Below the pieces are notes generated by a model, which made no database searches, was not told where the DNA came from, and was given only the letters and a program-made list of their open reading frames with translations. The translations under genes were made by a program, and so were the position numbers. Source: a virus. Taken from it: a stretch of 39,258 nt of DNA. The DNA lies in UHGV virus genome UHGV-0204067. One strand, 5' to 3'. Positions 34,785-39,258 of the stretch are shown here, piece after piece (position 1 is the first letter of the stretch; every line of letters starts with the position of its first letter).

Positions 34785-35108
34785 ATGAAAACCGTAAACC
34801 TCAAGATCGGCACAGACACCTACGAAAGCGAAGGCGGAAAGCCGGAGACTCGCGACGAATATCCGTGGGGGCTTCGCTTCACGCTGAACAATGACACATT
34901 GGAAAAGCTGGGGATCCCACTGCCAAAGGTTGGCGAATCACTGACAATTGGCGGCCTGGCTAAAGTGCTGTCTGTCTCCACCCGCACCGAAGGTGATGAA
35001 GCCGAAAGCAGCGTTGATCTGCAATTCACTGATATTGGCGTAGAGCCGGCGGCCGCGCCGCAGCGTTCTGCTGCTGACACACTTTATGGCGACGCAGGGG
35101 GCGAGTGA
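34785..35108 (+). CDS. Capsid staple protein (epsilon15 gp10-like)
   Basis: EYPWGL...L....L.KLG...P.VG and SV.LQ.TD motifs. Confidence 0.75.
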   Translation: MKTVNLKIGTDTYESEGGKPETRDEYPWGLRFTLNNDTLEKLGIPLPKVGESLTIGGLAKVLSVSTRTEGDEAESSVDLQFTDIGVEPAAAPQRSAADTLYGDAGGE

Positions 35109-35716
35109 TGGCATCCGTTATCCAGATCTGCAACGTGGCGCTTGGTCGGCTTGGCAACAGCCGAGTTATTGCCAGCTTGACGGAAAAGAGCAAAGAAGCG
35201 GCGGTATGCTCGCTGTTTTATGAAGACTGCCGCGATGCGGTGCTGGCTGATTTTCCGTGGAGGTTCGCCACAAAGCGCGTGGCGCTCGCCGATCTGGATA
35301 TCGAACAGCCTGATTGGCAATACAGTTACCGTTACCCGGTGGACTGCCTGCGCATTGTTGCGATCGTCTCTCCAGACGGTGAGCGCTTTATTACGCCAGA
35401 ACGGCGCGTGCCGTATGAAGTTGGTTCTGATGAGAATGGCACTGGCCGTTTGATATTGACTGACCTGCAGAAAGCGTGGCTGCGCTATGTGACGCGCGTC
35501 ACCGACCCCAACATGTTTGATGCGGAATTCCGCGACGCGCTTAGCTGGCGCCTGGCTGCAGAAATCAACATGCAGATCACTGGCGATGCCAGTCTCGGTA
35601 ATCGCGCCGAGCAGAAATACCAACTCACCATTTCATCTGCGTCAACGTTGAGCATGAATGAAACCCAGGAGCCGCCGGCGCCGTGGTCTGAGGTTTCCGA
35701 CGCGAGGGCATCATAA
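35108..35716 (+). CDS. Tail tubular protein A / adaptor
   Basis: S.IQICN.AL..LG, W.FA.KR..LA, Y..P.DCLR and FD..F..AL...LAA motifs. Confidence 0.85.
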   Translation: MASVIQICNVALGRLGNSRVIASLTEKSKEAAVCSLFYEDCRDAVLADFPWRFATKRVALADLDIEQPDWQYSYRYPVDCLRIVAIVSPDGERFITPERRVPYEVGSDENGTGRLILTDLQKAWLRYVTRVTDPNMFDAEFRDALSWRLAAEINMQITGDASLGNRAEQKYQLTISSASTLSMNETQEPPAPWSEVSDARAS

Positions 35717-38217
35717 TGACAACCAGCCTCATTCAACCGTCCTTTGCTGGTGGCGAAGTATCGCCAAGCCTTTACGGCCGCGTTGACCTGGAGAAATACC
35801 AGACTTCACTGCGCCGCTGCCGTAACTTCATCGTGCGCCAATATGGCGGTGTTGAGAACCGGCCGGGAACGCGCTATGTGGCGCCGGCAAAGTTTCCCGA
35901 TCGCAAGTGTCGTCTGATCCCGTTCCAGTTCAACACGGAGCAGACCTATGTGCTCGAGGTCGGCGATCATTACTTTCGCGTGTTTATGGATGGAGCACAG
36001 GTCGTCTACTCATCCGGCACCAGCGCTGGCCAGCCTGTAGACGTAACAACGCCGTGGGCCGCTGCTGATATCGACCTGCTGAAATATACGCAGAGCGCAG
36101 ACGTGATGACGGTTTGCCACCCGAACTACCCACCTATGGAAATCCAACGCTATGCGCACGATGACTGGCGTACTGCAGAGGTGGCCACAGTCAGCGGTCC
36201 ATTTGCTAACGTGAATATTGACGAGTCGATCACTGTCTACGCCAGCTCGACAAGCGGAACGGTAGACCTTACAGCCAGTGCATCGATCTTCAAAAGCTGG
36301 CATGTTGGCAAGCTGTTCTACATGGAGCAGAAGAACGTCGACACGGTTGGGCGCTGGGTTACCGGTGAGCAGGTTAGCGTTGGAAATATCTGCCGATACC
36401 AGGAGAACTATTATCGTTGCGTTGATGCCGGAGAGCGAGGGCACACCGGGCCAGTGGCGCCAACTCATACCACTGGTGATAGCTGGGATGGCTGGGCCGT
36501 AGCCGGTTCTGATGCCTATGGCGTCAAATGGCGTTACTTGCATTCCGGCCGAGGAATTTGCCGCATTACGGCCGTAAGCGGCGACGGGATGACCGCCACT
36601 GCCGAAGTGGTGATCCGCAAGGATGGAGAGATTGAACTACCCGGCCAGGTGGTGGGCGCCGAGTCGGCAACATACAAGTGGGCGCATTATGCTTGGAATG
36701 GTGACGCCGGCTACCCTGGCACAGTCGTGTACTTCCAGCAGCGCTTGATGTTTGCCGGTTCACGCAGTCAACCGCAAACCGTGTGGACCAGCCGCAGCGG
36801 CGACTATAAGGATTTCGGGACATCAAACCCGACCGTTGATGACGATGCGATCACCTATACCTACGCCGGGCGCCAGCTCAACCAAATCCGTCATCTGATT
36901 GATGTCGGATCCCTCGTCGCGCTAACCAGCGGTGGCGAATACAAGGTGAACGGCAACCAGCAAGGAACGCTAACCCCGTCGGCATTCCAGTTTTCCAGCC
37001 AGGGGCAGAATGGCGCCAGCCACGTGCAGCCTATTGCGATCAGCAATGTCGCGCTATTCATACAGCAAAAGGGCGGCGCGGTGCGCGACCTGGCCTACTC
37101 GTTTGACGTTGACGGGTTCCAGGGTTCTGACCTGACCATCCTCGCTAACCACTTCTTTACCGGGTACCAGATTACCGATTGGGCGTTCTCAATCACGCCT
37201 ATGTCGATCGTTTGGTGTACGCGCAATGACGGCGCGCTGTTGGGATTAACCTACCTCCGCGATCAGCAGGTGGCAGCGTGGCACTTACACCCGGGTGCCG
37301 GGCGCTATGAATCAGTGTGCAGCATTGCCGAAGGAAACGAAGACGCGCTCTATTGCGTGGTTGAACGCACCATCAATGGCCAGCAGCGACGCTATATCGA
37401 GCGTATGCAGAGCCGCCTATACGATGTAATGGATGATGCCTTTTTTGTTGACTGCGGCCTGACGTATGACGGCAGAAACCGGGACGCCAGTAAAACCATG
37501 ATTCTGACCGGAGGCGCAGGTGACTGGCCATACGACGAAGAGATGACTCTGACGGTGGCCGGCGCCAGTTACTTCACTGGTGGCGACATTGGCAGTGAAA
37601 TCCACATGCCGTATATCGAGGATGATGTAAGCAAGGTGCTTAAGTTGCTGATCCGTTCGGTCGCAAGTGGAAACCAGGCAACCGTTACCAGCAACCGAAA
37701 TGTGCCGCCGCAGTTCCGTGGTGTCCCGGTCAGTGACTGGAGCATGGCGCGCTCGACATTCTTAGGACTTGACCACCTCGAAGGTCAGACCGTGAGCATT
37801 TTGTCAGATGCCAACGTTGAGCCGCAGAAGGTTGTCGATGCTGGTGCTATCACCCTGGAGAAAGCTGGCGCAGTAGTGCATGCAGGCCTGCCGATCGCCG
37901 CAGTCATTGAAACGCTGGACGTTAACCTGAACGGCAACGAAACACTGCTGGATAAAAAGAAACTCTTCACGGCCGCATCGTTACTGGTGAATGAGTCGCG
38001 CGGTGTGTTTGCCGGCACGCCCGGCGGCGAGATGTACGAATACGCGCAACGCAACGATGAATTTTATGATGACCCGGTCGAACCGAAGACGGGAACCATT
38101 GAATTACAATTAGATGCCAACTGGAGCAAGAACGGCCGGCTGATTGTGGAGCAGAACGACCCGCTGCCGATGACCATTCTCGCAGTTATCCCGCGCGTAA
38201 CCGTAGGAGGCATTTAG
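35716..38217 (+). CDS. Tail tubular protein B / nozzle
   Basis: QPSFAGGE.SP.L.GR.D, GG..NRPGT, YP..V..FQQRL and PLPMTILAV motifs. Confidence 0.88.
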   Translation: MTTSLIQPSFAGGEVSPSLYGRVDLEKYQTSLRRCRNFIVRQYGGVENRPGTRYVAPAKFPDRKCRLIPFQFNTEQTYVLEVGDHYFRVFMDGAQVVYSSGTSAGQPVDVTTPWAAADIDLLKYTQSADVMTVCHPNYPPMEIQRYAHDDWRTAEVATVSGPFANVNIDESITVYASSTSGTVDLTASASIFKSWHVGKLFYMEQKNVDTVGRWVTGEQVSVGNICRYQENYYRCVDAGERGHTGPVAPTHTTGDSWDGWAVAGSDAYGVKWRYLHSGRGICRITAVSGDGMTATAEVVIRKDGEIELPGQVVGAESATYKWAHYAWNGDAGYPGTVVYFQQRLMFAGSRSQPQTVWTSRSGDYKDFGTSNPTVDDDAITYTYAGRQLNQIRHLIDVGSLVALTSGGEYKVNGNQQGTLTPSAFQFSSQGQNGASHVQPIAISNVALFIQQKGGAVRDLAYSFDVDGFQGSDLTILANHFFTGYQITDWAFSITPMSIVWCTRNDGALLGLTYLRDQQVAAWHLHPGAGRYESVCSIAEGNEDALYCVVERTINGQQRRYIERMQSRLYDVMDDAFFVDCGLTYDGRNRDASKTMILTGGAGDWPYDEEMTLTVAGASYFTGGDIGSEIHMPYIEDDVSKVLKLLIRSVASGNQATVTSNRNVPPQFRGVPVSDWSMARSTFLGLDHLEGQTVSILSDANVEPQKVVDAGAITLEKAGAVVHAGLPIAAVIETLDVNLNGNETLLDKKKLFTAASLLVNESRGVFAGTPGGEMYEYAQRNDEFYDDPVEPKTGTIELQLDANWSKNGRLIVEQNDPLPMTILAVIPRVTVGGI

Positions 38218-38690
38218 TGCGCAAGGTTGAAGTTGTCGAAGCCACCCTGGAACACGTTGCGGCGCTCCTGCCGCACGTTCGCCAGGCTGACGCCGATGAG
38301 TTCGAGGCGATGAGCGGCAAGACGCCGGCGCAGGTTCTTGAGCTGGCCCTGCGCACTTCTGCATTTGCTTTCGCAGGGCTGATCAATGGCGAGGTGGTGA
38401 CCATCTTCGGCGTGGCTCCGCGGTCAATGATAACCGGCTCAGGGGTTCCGTGGCTGGTGGGTTCTGACCTGCTTGAACGATACCAGGCCACTTTCCTCCG
38501 CCGGTGTCGGCCAGTTCTGCGTCTTTTCCTGCAGCACTACCCAGAGCTGGAGAACTATGTCGATGCGCGCAATACCGAGGCGAAATGCTGGCTGCACTGG
38601 CTCGGGTTCACCATCCATGAAGCGCAGCCAGTTGGCCGTGCCGGGCTTCCATTCCACAGATTTGAAATGAGACGAGGTGATCATGTGTGA
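38217..38690 (+). CDS. T7 gp13-like / GNAT-like virion assembly protein
   Basis: R.AD..E, PWL.G and LENYVD.RN.....WL.WLGF motifs; GTG start. Confidence 0.75.
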   Translation: MRKVEVVEATLEHVAALLPHVRQADADEFEAMSGKTPAQVLELALRTSAFAFAGLINGEVVTIFGVAPRSMITGSGVPWLVGSDLLERYQATFLRRCRPVLRLFLQHYPELENYVDARNTEAKCWLHWLGFTIHEAQPVGRAGLPFHRFEMRRGDHV

Positions 38691-39252
38691 GCCAACCACG
38701 ATTATCGCAGGTGCCTCTCTTGCCTTGGCGGCAGTGAGTGCATACGGGCAAGTTCAGCAGGGACGGCAGCAGGCAAAGATCGCCAACGCCAACGCAGATG
38801 CACAAGAGATCGCCGCGCGCGACACGATTAATGCGGGCAATGATGCGGCCTATCAGCAACGTCAGCAAACTCGGCAGTTACAGGGCCAGCAGGCAGCAGC
38901 CTTCGGCGCCGGCGGAACCGACATGACCAGCGGCAGCGCGCTGAATATCTTCGGCGATACAGCGGCCGGCGGCCAGCTTGATGCTCTGACCACCGTCAAT
39001 AACGCAGAGCGACAGGCGGCTGGCCTTAACTTCCAGGCTGGTGTTAGTCGCGCCCAGGGGCAGATCGATCGCAACTCGTCCAACCTTGGCGCGGCAACGA
39101 CAATCCTGAATTCCTCACTTACCGCATATGGCGCTTATAAATCGTCTGGCGCGCTGGATAAGCCAGCTACCAAAGCCGGCAGTGGTTCCAGCAACAACAT
39201 GTTTAGCAATGCCCGCAGCAGTCGCTACGGCTCTAACGCATTCACGTTTTAA
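38683..39252 (+). CDS. Small internal virion (ejection) protein, T7 gp14-like
   Basis: MCEP start, Ala/Gln-rich, G.D..SGSAL motif; GAGGTG SD. Confidence 0.78.
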   Translation: MCEPTTIIAGASLALAAVSAYGQVQQGRQQAKIANANADAQEIAARDTINAGNDAAYQQRQQTRQLQGQQAAAFGAGGTDMTSGSALNIFGDTAAGGQLDALTTVNNAERQAAGLNFQAGVSRAQGQIDRNSSNLGAATTILNSSLTAYGAYKSSGALDKPATKAGSGSSNNMFSNARSSRYGSNAFTF

Positions 39253-39258
39253 GGGGGA

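Larger units (their letters stand above)
1..39258. mobile_element. Complete temperate epsilon15-like (Uetakevirus-related) podophage genome, circular/excised form
   Basis: Full set of phage modules in epsilon15/SPC32H order, no host genes, intact attP. The stop at 39250-39252 is followed by GGGGGA, an SD for the ATG at 1/4 if the ends are joined. Confidence 0.93.

Overview
The window appears to be a complete, circularly permuted genome (39,258 bp) of a temperate epsilon15/phiV10/SPC32H-like podovirus of Enterobacterales, in excised form. It has an intact attP whose core is the 3' end of guaA, and the last bases (TAAGGGGGA) supply the ribosome-binding site for the ATG at position 1. Gene order: ejection proteins; LexA-type antirepressor; tailspike; holin, SAR endolysin and spanins; an AT-rich conversion cassette; attP and integrase; a leftward recombination operon (MT-A70, AlpA/Xis, RecT, RecE); non-cleavable repressor and cro; replication O/P-like genes; RuvC, TraR and nin-like genes; terminase; a c4-RNA/Gp49 insert; portal, scaffold, capsid and tail. 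Most notable: (1) the serotype-conversion slot holds an acyltransferase-3 paired with a PhyH-type Fe(II)/2OG dioxygenase, while the tailspike carries a stripped-down endosialidase-like propeller, suggesting an undescribed hydroxylate-and-acylate receptor-masking system; (2) the antirepressor SOS box is broken (CAT instead of CAG), while a perfect SOS box controls an unrelated unknown gene; (3) eleven ATTACC-N5-GGTAAT-type operators mark nearly every operon; (4) a repressor-controlled c4-like RNA leader with a terminator sits in front of a Gp49/66-family (possible nucleotide-sponge) gene. All family assignments come from motif recognition and memory, not database searches. The host species cannot be determined from the sequence.
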